Assembly: GCA_002707765.1 (NCBI GenBank)
Contig: PANV01000004.1
Location: forward strand, 32,868 to 80,960
Direction: 5' to 3'
Source of the DNA: Fidelibacterota bacterium
GTDB lineage: Bacteria > Fidelibacterota > Marinisomatia > SCGC-AAA003-L08 > D37C17
Length of the DNA: 48,093 bases
The notes beneath the pieces were generated by a model that saw only the letters and a program-made list of their open reading frames with translations, did not search any database and was not told the DNA's origin. Positions 21,801 to 31,381 of the stretch are shown piece by piece. Position 1 is the first letter of the stretch, and every line of letters starts with the position of its first letter. The translations under genes were made by a program, and so were the position numbers.

Positions 21801-22443
21801 TAAAAATAATTCAGATATTAATATAAAATTATTAAGCATATTAAAATTACATGATGTGTTTAAATCGGGTGCAAAGACTGATGATTTGATTATTTCAAAT
21901 TTTATTAATAATATGCAATTAAGGCATAGGCTTGCCCTCCTAGATGAAATTAGTAGAAAAATAGAAAGTCTAGAACAAGTACCTATTCAATTTATGTTAC
22001 AATTATTAGATGATTCTTCATACTACACATTTAATGAAAAGCTAATTTTATATCAATCAATTACACAGATCATATCTAAAGTAAATTTTGATTCATTTAT
22101 TAATGAAAAGTATGCAAAGCTAATTAAAAATTTATTAGTTGAACATTATGATAATGATTTAAAAGATGTAGATTATCAAAAATTTTTATCAGATAACTTA
22201 TCTATTTTAATTGGTGTGCAACAGTTTTTTGAATTTTCTAAACCATATATTATAGATAATCAAAGAATTGAAGGTATGCTTTATACATATATAAATTTAA
22301 TAATAGCAGAAGTAGAACAAGGTAATTCATCAGCAATTGACGATGCACTAACTGCTTTAAATTCATGGATTGAATTATATCCTGGTAATCAAAGATTAAT
22401 AAATAAACAAAAAATCTTTGAATCGAAAATTCTTCCTAATTAA
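18835..22443 (+). CDS. DUF2723 / TMEM260-like GT-C membrane glycosyltransferase with long C-terminal helical domain
   Basis: APTTSFWDCGEFIA, GVPHPPGSPLF, ETEVYSL, YINREQYG, MYLRYFAWQF, QPRERDYSY, FTNGDNDTFPLWYLQEVE, and many TM segments. Confidence 0.85.
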   Translation: MYKKINIILAFLSFFIPLILYLMTMAPTTSFWDCGEFIATSYILGVPHPPGSPLFLLLGNFFSSLPTFSDIGARVNLISPIASALSVMFLYLIIVKLIEEYSGKANNTSKIIINNLSAFIASLTFAVTDSHWFNAVETEVYSLSTFFTAIVIWMILKWSSLSNEKWNIRYLLLIAYMMGLAIGIHILNLLTMSFIGLIIYFKKYEDVSISSIIKVLFFTTLSFITIYYGIILGLPDIVSKFNSLLIIIFGITFIITSIILIHLSSKNNSLFNLTRIFSTLSIIFIVFLSFNKLFITDKNFISNNLSNQIVAVDDAYYYYMIELEKQSPNYADINYDYLDQLKKDKAILIKNQKMFDKQGDDMSFFGLLLWQSKSVIFTLLLIVIGIPLFIFRFFTTHGDNKNLLVIKVLLSCFLLIVIGYSTYTTIFIRANQEPRINENNPNTLDRAVSYINREQYGSINSFNPKSAIQNSTGGHWKRWTNDKENPSLKEQFNFMWNYQIKEMYLRYFAWQFIGRSDKNSDKAWLINDIDGNPIGNRVLDGIDFFRYGLPMVLLFGIIGIVAHFSSDWKRALAVLSVFLATGLMLVIYLNQYDPQPRERDYSYVGSFFAFSIWVGIGISFIQKKIKDFFEDSNISSFISFSIICFIFISMTFTMVIKDYNEHSRRGNYVAWDYGYNLLNSCEPNAIIFTNGDNDTFPLWYLQEVEKIRRDVRVVNLSLLNTPWYINQLMKDEPKLDIKFSNSLLKKDIYNIENEYIISTEEGYKLCSNEFTGKVPWSNLDCNLKIDKSIEFKFQVPAYRQQVLRIQDYMILQLIKDLYLERPIYFAATVSENNQVGLKRYLQMEGMTYKLVSEKLPDNIVESINYEKMKLNLSEGNLEDIIFNVDDYNNAIDEKTGIYRYRNLADSTIVFSDNIKRLVQNYRIGYLRLMQYQIDRNNSKEVELLIKRLNDYFPVETLPMDPWLGFELMDKIYEPTNNYIEIEKMIDHLIKNNSDINIKLLSILKLHDVFKSGAKTDDLIISNFINNMQLRHRLALLDEISRKIESLEQVPIQFMLQLLDDSSYYTFNEKLILYQSITQIISKVNFDSFINEKYAKLIKNLLVEHYDNDLKDVDYQKFLSDNLSILIGVQQFFEFSKPYIIDNQRIEGMLYTYINLIIAEVEQGNSSAIDDALTALNSWIELYPGNQRLINKQKIFESKILPN

Positions 22444-23474
22444 TGAAAATTAAAATATCAATTATAATACCTCATTATAATAATTTTCAAATTTTATTGA
22501 ACTGTATAGAGTCTATTTATAAATCTACATTTAAAGATTTTGAAATTATTGTTGTTGATAATGGTAGTAGTGATTCAAGTGATACCATTGTTAAAAAAAA
22601 ATTTCCAAAGGTTATTGTTAAAAAATCTGAAATTAATTTAGGATATGCTGGTGGTTGTAACTTAGGTTCAAAAATTTCAAAAGGTGAATATCTATTATTT
22701 TTAAATAACGATACAATTATTGAAAAAAAATGTATTGAGAACCTATTTTTAAAGATTGAGTCAAATTCAAATACATCTTCTGTTCAGCCTAAAATTTTAA
22801 ATTTTAATAATAAATCATTTTTTGATTATGCAGGAGCTAGTGGTGGTTTTATTGATTATTTAGTTTATCCATTTGCAAGAGGTAGAGTTTTTAATACAAC
22901 TGAAAAAGATACTTCGCAATATGATAAATCTATAAAAATATTTTGGGCATCTGGAGCATGTTTTTTAACAAGGAAAAAAGCTTTTGAGAATCTAAATGGT
23001 TTTGATGAAAACTTATTTGCTCACATGGAGGAAATAGATTATCATTGGAAATGTCATCTTAAAAATTATGATGTGTGGGTTGAACCTAAAGCAATTTTAT
23101 TTCATTATGGAGCACAAACTTTAAAAGTTACTTCACCCCAAAAAACGTATCTAAATCATAGAAATAGTTTGATTCTACTATTATCTAACTATTCCTTGAT
23201 TCGTTCTATCACTTATTTTTTTACAAGAATACCTTTAGAAATTCTATCTTCATTTTATGATTTATTCAATTTAAGAATATGTCATTTTATTGCTCATTAT
23301 AAGGCTCTCTTATCAATATTATTTAATTTAAAATTAATAGCTGAAAAAAGAAATTTTATCAGAAAAATTAGATTGATTGATGATAATACCCTTTTTAATA
23401 AAAAAATTGTTTTAAATAAAAGTATTGTAATCAGATATTTTTTTATGAGAGTAGTTAATTTTAAAGATTTATAA
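22443..23474 (+). CDS. Glycosyltransferase family 2
   Basis: ISIIIPHYN, VVDNGSSD, NLGYAGGCN, LFLNND, WASGAC, GFDE..FAHMEEID. Translationally coupled to the DUF2723 gene (TAATG). Confidence 0.92.
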   Translation: MKIKISIIIPHYNNFQILLNCIESIYKSTFKDFEIIVVDNGSSDSSDTIVKKKFPKVIVKKSEINLGYAGGCNLGSKISKGEYLLFLNNDTIIEKKCIENLFLKIESNSNTSSVQPKILNFNNKSFFDYAGASGGFIDYLVYPFARGRVFNTTEKDTSQYDKSIKIFWASGACFLTRKKAFENLNGFDENLFAHMEEIDYHWKCHLKNYDVWVEPKAILFHYGAQTLKVTSPQKTYLNHRNSLILLLSNYSLIRSITYFFTRIPLEILSSFYDLFNLRICHFIAHYKALLSILFNLKLIAEKRNFIRKIRLIDDNTLFNKKIVLNKSIVIRYFFMRVVNFKDL

Positions 23475-23477
23475 ATT

Positions 23478-24446
23478 CTATTGAATAATTATATAAATAA
23501 AAAAGATAATATATATTGCAAGCATTGCTTTAGCTTCAATCTTAGAAAGTCTCCAATTAGAAGAAATTAGTATCATGCTCACTATAGAACTAATTAATAA
23601 GTATATGAGTAGAATAAAGCTTTCATTCCAATTAATATAAATCCCATTAAAATAAACAATAGGTAAACCTAAGCAAATAAGTATGTCAAAAGTATTGGAT
23701 CCCAAAGCATTACTAATTGCAGCATCAGCATCACCCCTTTTTGCTGAAATAATTGATAAAAAAGTGTCAGGCAAAGACGTTATAGCAGCTAAAATAATTA
23801 CACCAATTGCTGTTTTGGATAAACCTAAAGTAGTAAATAGTTTTAAACTGTTATCTACTAAAAAATGAACAGAAATTGCGATGATTATCATACTTAGTGT
23901 AATAAAAAATATAATCTTAATAAGAGATTGATTATTTAAAGTTCTATTAATTTTAGAATCAGAATTTTTAGATTCAAAAATTAAGAAAACTAAATATAAT
24001 ATGTACAATAATATAAATACACTACCAGATGATTTATTAATAAATTTCTGTTCGATATTAGTAGGATTTGGAGAACCAAAATATATCATTAAAATTAGAA
24101 AAATAATGGTTAGTATGTAAATTATTCCATCTCTATAAACAACTTTTTTTTCAACATTCATACTCTTATTAGTAAATATTACACATAACGATGGTATTAT
24201 TAGTATGTTATATAGAGCAGAACCTGCAACTGCACCTAAACCAGCTTCAAATGAACCAGCATAAAGACAAAATATAACGGTGCAAAATTCTGGAAAAGAG
24301 CTACCTACTGCATCAAGCGTTGCTCCTTTAACGCTACTTGGAATATTATATTTGTTACCTAGGTTTTCTGTTTCACGACCAAGAATATTTGATGCATGCC
24401 ATATTGTATAAGTTGTGATTAATATAATTAATATTTCTAAAAACAT
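23478..24446 (-). CDS. Ca2+/cation antiporter (CaCA, YrbG-like)
   Basis: Two alpha repeats, GATLDAVGSSFPE...GSALYN and AAITSLPD...GSNTFD, in a protein with about 10 TM segments. Confidence 0.9.
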   Translation of the reverse strand: MFLEILIILITTYTIWHASNILGRETENLGNKYNIPSSVKGATLDAVGSSFPEFCTVIFCLYAGSFEAGLGAVAGSALYNILIIPSLCVIFTNKSMNVEKKVVYRDGIIYILTIIFLILMIYFGSPNPTNIEQKFINKSSGSVFILLYILYLVFLIFESKNSDSKINRTLNNQSLIKIIFFITLSMIIIAISVHFLVDNSLKLFTTLGLSKTAIGVIILAAITSLPDTFLSIISAKRGDADAAISNALGSNTFDILICLGLPIVYFNGIYINWNESFILLIYLLISSIVSMILISSNWRLSKIEAKAMLAIYIIFFIYIIIQ

Positions 24447-24469
24447 TTTATCGAAATGAAAAAATTAAG

Positions 24470-24550
24470 TGCCGCGAGAGGGAGTCGAACCCCCACGCCA
24501 AAGGCACTGGTTCCTAAGACCAGCGTGTCTACCAATTCCACCATCGCGGC
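24470..24550 (-). tRNA. tRNA-Leu (anticodon TAG), CCA not encoded
   Basis: Minus strand reads GCCGCGA TG GTG GAATTGGTAGA CAC G CTGGT CT-TAG-GA ACCAG [variable arm TGCCTTTGGCGT] GGGGG TTCGACT CCCTC TCGCGGC A. Confidence 0.97.
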
Positions 24551-24569
24551 AAATAGTTTAAAAGACCTA

Positions 24570-26951
24570 CTACAATGTCACACCAAAATTAAAGTAAAAT
24601 AATCTAATTTCTTTACTATTTTTATTATAAGGTATTTTATGTCCTTTGGCATAAGTAAAATTTATAGGGCCTAAAAACGATCTGATTTTGATACTAATAC
24701 CATAATTTAATGGACCATTATTATGATTATTAATCTTAACTAATTTATTTATGACAAATCTATAAGTTACACTACTTTTAAAATGGTATTGATACTCCAT
24801 ACCTATTAAATTTAAATCATTTGCAGTTAAATTAAATTCTTTATATCCTAAAGCCCAATCCGTTCCTCCATAGAATGTTGTCAAATATGTAGGAATTAAT
24901 TGACTTGATTTTCTTATAATATTAAATATTCTAAAGGTGTGATTAAAATTAATTGATTTATAGTTTTCAAAATTTAAATTAAAAATTTGGAATCCATTAG
25001 AAACAGGCATTAAACTTTCATTAGATGTAAAAAAATTATCATGGCTTTTCTTGAAATTTAAATTAAGTCTATATCCATTTTTAGGATGTAATAAATCATC
25101 TATTTGGTCTAAATCAAATTCAAATTTATATAAAGATATGTTATTATTTTTAAAATTATTATCATTTCTATTAATCTCAAATTTATATTTGCTATTAAAT
25201 TTTGTTGAACTTATTTCAAAAGAACCATATTTGTAAATGGGATAAATTACTCCATAAGAAAAACTTTTATAATTATGCTCAATATTTTGGATCGTATTTT
25301 CATTAAAAAAGTTATACAATCCAATATTTTTAATTTGATTAGTAAACTCTATAAAAGGAATTAAGTTTGATTTACTATTATTATTGATTAAATAGTAAAT
25401 ACTTAGTTGATTTCTTTTTAAACCTGAAAATAAAAGTTCATTTTGAAATCTTAAATTTTTCAATGGTTTATTGAAGATATCAATCTTAATTTTTCCAATT
25501 AGTTTATAATAATTATCCCACAATACACCTAACTTTAATTTTTTATCTTCAGCTTCTTTAACATTAATATTAAGTGTATAGGTACCTTCATTAAATAAAT
25601 CATAATTAATATATTCAAAAAGTTCAGTTTCATAAGCTGTTTTAATTTCTTCATTGAGTTTTATAATATCAAGTTCTTCATTTTTCTTTAATGAGAACAT
25701 AGATAAAATTTTATTATTTGAAATTTTATTGTTACCAATCACATTGATTTCATTTAAAATTATAGGTTGATTCTTTTCGCCAAATAAATACATATCATAA
25801 GTATCATTAAAATTATTTTTTTTATATTTTGAATAAACATTATGATAACGTTTTAAACTCCTTATTTTTAAAATATTATCCGTAATCTTTGATTTATAAA
25901 TTTCAGATTTTAAATTAAATAGATTATGAATTATAGAATCATCTTTTAAATCATTACTTAGTATTAAAGAATCAAGTTTGAATTTATTTTGAGGTATGGC
26001 AGAAATATTAATAAGAAGGTTTTCTTTTTTTTGTAATTTTAAAAAATAGTTTAAATTTTCATAAGCTGCTTTTTTGCCCTCAAGTTTCATTTTATTAATA
26101 TCATCTACATTGTAGCTTACAACATTTAAATCATTTATTTTTGGCTTAACTAAAATATCAGATTTTCTAGAATTAATTTTTTTATTTTTACTACCGTATA
26201 AATCCATTATTTTGTAAACAATATTAAAAATATCAACAATTTCATCCTTTGACTTATCATCTGATGTTACATCAGATGATATTATGTAATTCGCACCTAA
26301 ACTCTCAGCTAAATTTGTTGGAATATTATTAATCAAACCTCCATCAACTAAAAGTTTATCTTCATATTCAATCGGACTAAAAATTGTTGGTATAGATGTA
26401 GAAACTCTAAGTGATTTTGCCAATGACCCTTTATTGAAGATATATTCTTCACCGCTAATGATATCTGTTGCATTACATCTAAATGGTATCAATAAATTGT
26501 CAAAATTACTGATATGAGTATATTCACTAAATAAATCTAGTAAGTGTTCATAGCTATACTGTCCATTTGATAGTGAAATAGGAGTTGTAGGTCTAAATCC
26601 TCTTAAAAAAAAAGTTAAATTAAATTTTGAGTGATCTTTTTTTCTAAAGTAAAGTAGTTCATCTCTAGATCTTGATTGACCAAAAATTTCTTTCCAATTT
26701 GTTTGCGAACCTATTATATCTATTTCTGGAGGCGAATGACCGGTAGCATAAAGTGCTGCTGAAATTGCACCAATTGAAGAACCAACAACAAAATCAATGG
26801 GAATATTTAATGAGTCAATCATTTGGAGAGTTCCCAAATGACCAAATCCCTTAATACCTCCACCTGATAATACTAATCCTATTTTTTTTTCTTCAGACAA
26901 AAGTACACAACAAGATAGTATTATTAAAGTTTTTGTAACAAATTTTTTCAT
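24570..26951 (-). CDS. Patatin-like phospholipase with POTRA domain(s) and C-terminal beta-barrel (PlpD / type Vd-like)
   Basis: Start chosen at MKKFVTK (signal peptide). Motifs LSGGGIKG, GSSIG and DGG, POTRA INVIGNNKIS...FEYINY, and C-terminal FLGPINFTY...FYFNFGVTL. Confidence 0.82.
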   Translation of the reverse strand: MKKFVTKTLIILSCCVLLSEEKKIGLVLSGGGIKGFGHLGTLQMIDSLNIPIDFVVGSSIGAISAALYATGHSPPEIDIIGSQTNWKEIFGQSRSRDELLYFRKKDHSKFNLTFFLRGFRPTTPISLSNGQYSYEHLLDLFSEYTHISNFDNLLIPFRCNATDIISGEEYIFNKGSLAKSLRVSTSIPTIFSPIEYEDKLLVDGGLINNIPTNLAESLGANYIISSDVTSDDKSKDEIVDIFNIVYKIMDLYGSKNKKINSRKSDILVKPKINDLNVVSYNVDDINKMKLEGKKAAYENLNYFLKLQKKENLLINISAIPQNKFKLDSLILSNDLKDDSIIHNLFNLKSEIYKSKITDNILKIRSLKRYHNVYSKYKKNNFNDTYDMYLFGEKNQPIILNEINVIGNNKISNNKILSMFSLKKNEELDIIKLNEEIKTAYETELFEYINYDLFNEGTYTLNINVKEAEDKKLKLGVLWDNYYKLIGKIKIDIFNKPLKNLRFQNELLFSGLKRNQLSIYYLINNNSKSNLIPFIEFTNQIKNIGLYNFFNENTIQNIEHNYKSFSYGVIYPIYKYGSFEISSTKFNSKYKFEINRNDNNFKNNNISLYKFEFDLDQIDDLLHPKNGYRLNLNFKKSHDNFFTSNESLMPVSNGFQIFNLNFENYKSINFNHTFRIFNIIRKSSQLIPTYLTTFYGGTDWALGYKEFNLTANDLNLIGMEYQYHFKSSVTYRFVINKLVKINNHNNGPLNYGISIKIRSFLGPINFTYAKGHKIPYNKNSKEIRLFYFNFGVTL

Positions 26952-27035
26952 AAAAATATTTAATAAAATTATTTGAATTGTATAAATTAGACAGTACAAA
27001 CTATATTAATCAATATTTAATGAAAGGAATAAGCT

Positions 27036-27341
27036 TTGGATTTATCAGAAAAAATTAAAAAAGATATTAAAGATAATAAAATAATGCTATATATGAAAGG
27101 TACTAAAGAAATGCCTATGTGTGGATTTTCTTCTACAGTTGTTAATATTTTAAATCTACATAAAGTAGATTATAAAACTACCAATGTTTTAGAAGATATA
27201 AATATTAGACATGAATTATCAAAATTATCTAATTGGCCAACTATTCCCCAGTTATTTTATAAAGGTGAATTGATTGGAGGTTGTGATATCGCAGTAGAAT
27301 TACATAACTCGGGTCAACTGAAAGAAATCTTTGAAAAGTAA
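27036..27341 (+). CDS. grxD: Monothiol glutaredoxin Grx4 (TTG start)
   Basis: LYMKGT..PMCGFS, WPTIPQL, GGCD. Confidence 0.95.
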   Translation: MDLSEKIKKDIKDNKIMLYMKGTKEMPMCGFSSTVVNILNLHKVDYKTTNVLEDINIRHELSKLSNWPTIPQLFYKGELIGGCDIAVELHNSGQLKEIFEK

Positions 27342-27348
27342 AAAATAG

Positions 27349-28554
27349 TTAGTTTTTTAAAATTTTAACAATTTTTTTTAGTGATTTAATAAAAAAATCA
27401 ATCTCATCAATACTATTATAGAATTGAAAACTAATTCTATTTGTAAAGTTAGTTTTTAATTTTTTCATTAAAATTTGTCCACAATGGTGTCCAGCTCTTA
27501 TACATATATTATATTCACCAAGAAGCTTGGATATATCATATGGATGACACCCTGCAATATTAAATGAAACTATAGGGCCAAAATTTTTATCTTTATGTCC
27601 ATAAATATTTATATTATTAATATCTTTCAAGTTTTTTACTAAATAATCTGTAAGTTTTTTATTATGAATCTTTATTTCATCAAATCCTATTTTTTTAACA
27701 TAGTCAATGCTGTTTTTTAAGCCAATTACTTGCGCAATATTTGAAGTCCCAGCTTCAAACTTCCATGGTATTTCATTCCAGGTTGAAGTTTCGTAACCTA
27801 CTTCTTTATTCATATTTCCTCCTCTTAAGAAAGGAGGAAGTATATTTAAAAACTTTCTATTCATATAAAGTACACCAACACCAGTAGGACCCATAATTTT
27901 ATGTCCAGAAAAAACTAAAAAATCACAATTTAACTTTTTTACATCTATTTTTTCATGAGCTATGCTTTGTGCAGCATCAACTAATAAAGGAATATTATAT
28001 TTATTTGTTAGTTTAGAAATTTTATTTAAATCATTTATTGTCCCAAGAATATTTGACATGGAAATGATTGAGCATAACTTTGTTTTTTTATTAATAAGAG
28101 ATTCTAATTGATTTAAATCTAATTGTCCATCTTCATTTACTGGTATATACCTAATTTTAATATTCTTTTTTTCTTTTATCATTTGCCATGGTAAAATATT
28201 GCTATGATGCTCCATTTCTGAAATAATAATTTCATCCTCATCTTTTAATAAAGAGGTAAAAGAGTATGCTATAAGGTTTATAGATTCGGTGGTTCCAGTT
28301 GTGAATATTATTTCATCTTTTTCTGCATTAATAAAATTTGCTATAGTTTGTCTAGAATTTTCAAATTCTAATGTAGCTTTTTCTGCTATTTTATAATTAC
28401 CCCTATGAACATTAGCATTATAATGACTATAAAAATGAGAAATTGAATTGATTACACATTGTGGTTTTTGAGTTGTAGATGCATTATCAAAGTAAATGAG
28501 AGGATATTTTTCATTATTATTTTTAAAAATCGGGAAATCTTTTTTAAAATCCAT
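27349..28554 (-). CDS. sufS: Cysteine desulfurase, SufS family
   Basis: YFDNASTTQKP, ANVHRG, EHHSN, DAAQS, FSGHK (PLP Lys), FEAGT, RAGHHC. Confidence 0.95.
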   Translation of the reverse strand: MDFKKDFPIFKNNNEKYPLIYFDNASTTQKPQCVINSISHFYSHYNANVHRGNYKIAEKATLEFENSRQTIANFINAEKDEIIFTTGTTESINLIAYSFTSLLKDEDEIIISEMEHHSNILPWQMIKEKKNIKIRYIPVNEDGQLDLNQLESLINKKTKLCSIISMSNILGTINDLNKISKLTNKYNIPLLVDAAQSIAHEKIDVKKLNCDFLVFSGHKIMGPTGVGVLYMNRKFLNILPPFLRGGNMNKEVGYETSTWNEIPWKFEAGTSNIAQVIGLKNSIDYVKKIGFDEIKIHNKKLTDYLVKNLKDINNINIYGHKDKNFGPIVSFNIAGCHPYDISKLLGEYNICIRAGHHCGQILMKKLKTNFTNRISFQFYNSIDEIDFFIKSLKKIVKILKN

Positions 28555-29090
28555 TACATCATTCCTAATTTAAGCTTTGCTTCTTCAGTCATCATTTCTT
28601 TATTCCATAATGGGTCCCAAACTAATTCAACAAGTACGTCATCAACAAAATGAAGAGATTGTACTTTGTGTTCGACATCTGCTGCAATAGTTGGTCCCAT
28701 CCCACATCCAGGTGCAGTTAATGTCATTTTAATTTTTACATAAAACTTTTCATTTTTTGATTGTTCATAACTAAGGTCATATATCAATCCTAAATCAACA
28801 ACATTAACTGGTATCTCAGGATCATAACATGTTTTAAGTTGTTCCCATATTAAATTTTCATCAAATTCTTGTTTTTGATTTACTTTGTTATTGTGTTCTA
28901 TTTTTTGACCAATAGCGTCGGCATCTTTACCATCAAGTTTTACTAAATTTCCGTTTACATATAATGTAAAATATCCGCCCAAAGATTGTGTTATTTTTAC
29001 AGGAGAGTCTTTAAGAATTTTTATTGAATCACCAGATGGAATCAGTACTCCATCGCAATCTCTTGAAATTTTTATAAAATTATTTTCCAT
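28554..29090 (-). CDS. sufT: Fe-S cluster assembly protein SufT (DUF59)
   Basis: N-terminal RDC..LIPSG...ITQSLGG, then CYDPEIPVNVVDLGLIY, MTLTAPGCGMG, LVWDPLW. Confidence 0.9.
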   Translation of the reverse strand: MENNFIKISRDCDGVLIPSGDSIKILKDSPVKITQSLGGYFTLYVNGNLVKLDGKDADAIGQKIEHNNKVNQKQEFDENLIWEQLKTCYDPEIPVNVVDLGLIYDLSYEQSKNEKFYVKIKMTLTAPGCGMGPTIAADVEHKVQSLHFVDDVLVELVWDPLWNKEMMTEEAKLKLGMM

Positions 29091-29490
29091 TAATTTGTTT
29101 TTGAATTGTTTTTAAAGCATTCATGAACCCATTTGTTCGTTGGCTTGTTATTGAATCCTTTAGACCTATATCAATAAAAATAGATTCTGCATCTAAAGAA
29201 TTTATTTCATCAATTGTAGAACCATCAATTAATGTTTTAAGAATTGATAGTAAACCTTTAACGATGAATGTATCAGAATCAGTATTTATATAATACTTTT
29301 CTTCATTTTTTTCAACTTTAACCCAAGCCATTGATGTACATCCAAAAATTCGGTATTCATCATTTTTAATATTTTCAGATATTCCATTATTTTTTTTCCC
29401 CATTTCAATAATTTGAATATATTTGTCCATTGGATCTTCAAAGAAATCGAAAGTTTCTTTAATTTCATTTATTTTAGAATTTAAATTCAT
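29080..29490 (-). CDS. sufE: Sulfur acceptor SufE
   Basis: DKYIQIIEMGK, IFGCTSMAW, DSDTFIVKGL, SQRTNG, within the suf operon. Confidence 0.9.
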   Translation of the reverse strand: MNLNSKINEIKETFDFFEDPMDKYIQIIEMGKKNNGISENIKNDEYRIFGCTSMAWVKVEKNEEKYYINTDSDTFIVKGLLSILKTLIDGSTIDEINSLDAESIFIDIGLKDSITSQRTNGFMNALKTIQKQINGK

Positions 29491-30641
29491 AATACCATAT
29501 AATTATCTAAAGTTTCTTTTAAATCTTTTTGTATTTCAATATTTTGAATTTCTTCAAGAATTTCGTTTATAAATGAATTAAGTATTAATTGTTTGGCTAA
29601 ATCAAGCTTAATCCCTCTTGATCTTAAATAAAAAATTGCTTCTTCATCTATTTGTCCAGTAGCAGAACCATGGGAACATTGTACATCATCATTATATATT
29701 TCCAATTGAGGATTTGCATTTATTTTAGCTTTATCTGATAAAATTAAGTTATTGTTTTTTTGATAAGCTTGTGATTCACTACACTTTTCATGAATTATAG
29801 ATTTGGCAAAGAAATTACTTTTTGATTTGTGGTCTGCTATAATTTTATAATTTAAATTACTAATTGTCTTTGAATGTTTATGATTGATTTCAATATAATT
29901 ATCAAAGTGCTCTTTATGTTTTGAAATGTTTAAACCATTAAACAAACAAGTACTACCTGGACTATTTAAATCTATAAAATAGTTATTCTTTACTAAATTG
30001 CTATTAATATCTATAGTATGATATTTTAGTGTTGAATTATAATTAATTAAAGAGAAAAAATTATAAATTTGCTTTGTATCTGTTTTATTAGATTTATTAA
30101 TTATTTCTAATGATGAATTATTATTAACAAAACATTGATTAACAATATTAATACATTTTTTATTTAAAAATTCTTCTTCACTTAAAATTGTTACTTTTGA
30201 ATTTTCATCACAGTCTATTAAAATTCTTAAATTTATATATTCAGTCTCATTGCCTTGTTCTATAATATTTTTGATTACTATTTTATCTTTTAATATTAAG
30301 TTTTTAGGGAAATAGAGATAATAACCAATATTATAATTTTTTAAATTTTCTTCAATGTATTGGTCATTTTTGAAAGATGAAAATTGATTTATTTTATCTT
30401 GGATTTGATTAATTTTTTGTGATATTGCTTCGTCTATATTATAAATTTTAATGTTATTTTTAACTATATAATCCCCATTATTAATAAGTTGGCCATTATA
30501 TATTATAATTTCATTATTTTTAGGAATGATTTTTTTTTCAACTTTATTGAATGAGAAAATATTCTTAAAAGTTTTAAATTGACTTGATTTAGTATATTTC
30601 CAATTTTCGAATTTAAAATTTTTGGCTATTATTTTATCCAT
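29487..30641 (-). CDS. sufD: Fe-S cluster assembly protein SufD
   Basis: ENWKYT, PQLEIYNDDVQCSHGSATG, FYLRSRGI. Confidence 0.9.
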   Translation of the reverse strand: MDKIIAKNFKFENWKYTKSSQFKTFKNIFSFNKVEKKIIPKNNEIIIYNGQLINNGDYIVKNNIKIYNIDEAISQKINQIQDKINQFSSFKNDQYIEENLKNYNIGYYLYFPKNLILKDKIVIKNIIEQGNETEYINLRILIDCDENSKVTILSEEEFLNKKCINIVNQCFVNNNSSLEIINKSNKTDTKQIYNFFSLINYNSTLKYHTIDINSNLVKNNYFIDLNSPGSTCLFNGLNISKHKEHFDNYIEINHKHSKTISNLNYKIIADHKSKSNFFAKSIIHEKCSESQAYQKNNNLILSDKAKINANPQLEIYNDDVQCSHGSATGQIDEEAIFYLRSRGIKLDLAKQLILNSFINEILEEIQNIEIQKDLKETLDNYMVL

Positions 30642-31366
30642 TCATAACCTTTTTCTTCTAATTCAACAGCTAATTCTTTTCCACCAGATTTAACGATTGT
30701 ACCATTTAGCATGACATGAACAAAATCAGGTTTTAAATAATTTAAAATTCTATTATAATGTGTAATTAATATGAATGATTTATTTTTATTTCTAAATGCA
30801 TTAATTCCATTAGATACTATTCTAATTGCATCTATATCTAACCCGGAATCAGTTTCATCTAATATAATTAAATCAGGATTGAGCAGTAACATCTGAATGA
30901 TTTCAAATCTTTTTTTCTCGCCTCCCGAAAACCCATCATTTACGCTTCGTTTTGAAAATTCGCTCTTTAAGCCAATTAGCTCTAACTTTTCTTTGAATAA
31001 TTTAATAAAATCTCCTGGTTCAATTTCATCTAGATTTTTTGATTTTCTAATAGAATTAACTGCCGTTCTTAGAAAATGCATAGTGTTAACTCCTGGAATT
31101 GACACAGGGTATTGAAATGACATAAATATTCCTTCGTGTGCTCTTTCATCTGGAGATAAATCAAGAATTGATTTGTCTTTGTAAATAATGTCACCTGAAT
31201 GAACATTGTAATTATCTTTTCCTGCCAATATATGCCCCAATGTACTTTTACCTGTACCATTCGTACCCATTATAACATGAAACTCACCACTATTAATATT
31301 TAAATTTATATTATTTAAAATATTTTTGTCGTCAATGCCAGCAGTTAGATTTTTAATTTTTAACAT
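30629..31366 (-). CDS. sufC: Fe-S cluster assembly ATPase SufC
   Basis: GTNGTGKST, FQYPVSIPGV, VNDGFSGGEKKR, LDETDSGLDIDA, ITHY. Confidence 0.97.
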   Translation of the reverse strand: MLKIKNLTAGIDDKNILNNINLNINSGEFHVIMGTNGTGKSTLGHILAGKDNYNVHSGDIIYKDKSILDLSPDERAHEGIFMSFQYPVSIPGVNTMHFLRTAVNSIRKSKNLDEIEPGDFIKLFKEKLELIGLKSEFSKRSVNDGFSGGEKKRFEIIQMLLLNPDLIILDETDSGLDIDAIRIVSNGINAFRNKNKSFILITHYNRILNYLKPDFVHVMLNGTIVKSGGKELAVELEEKGYEWIK

Positions 31367-31381
31367 TTTATCCTCAATTTA

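Noticed and set aside
24470..24550. tRNA-Leu as an integration site
   Set aside because: No duplicate of its 3' end and no integrase were seen in the window, and the flanking genes are ordinary.
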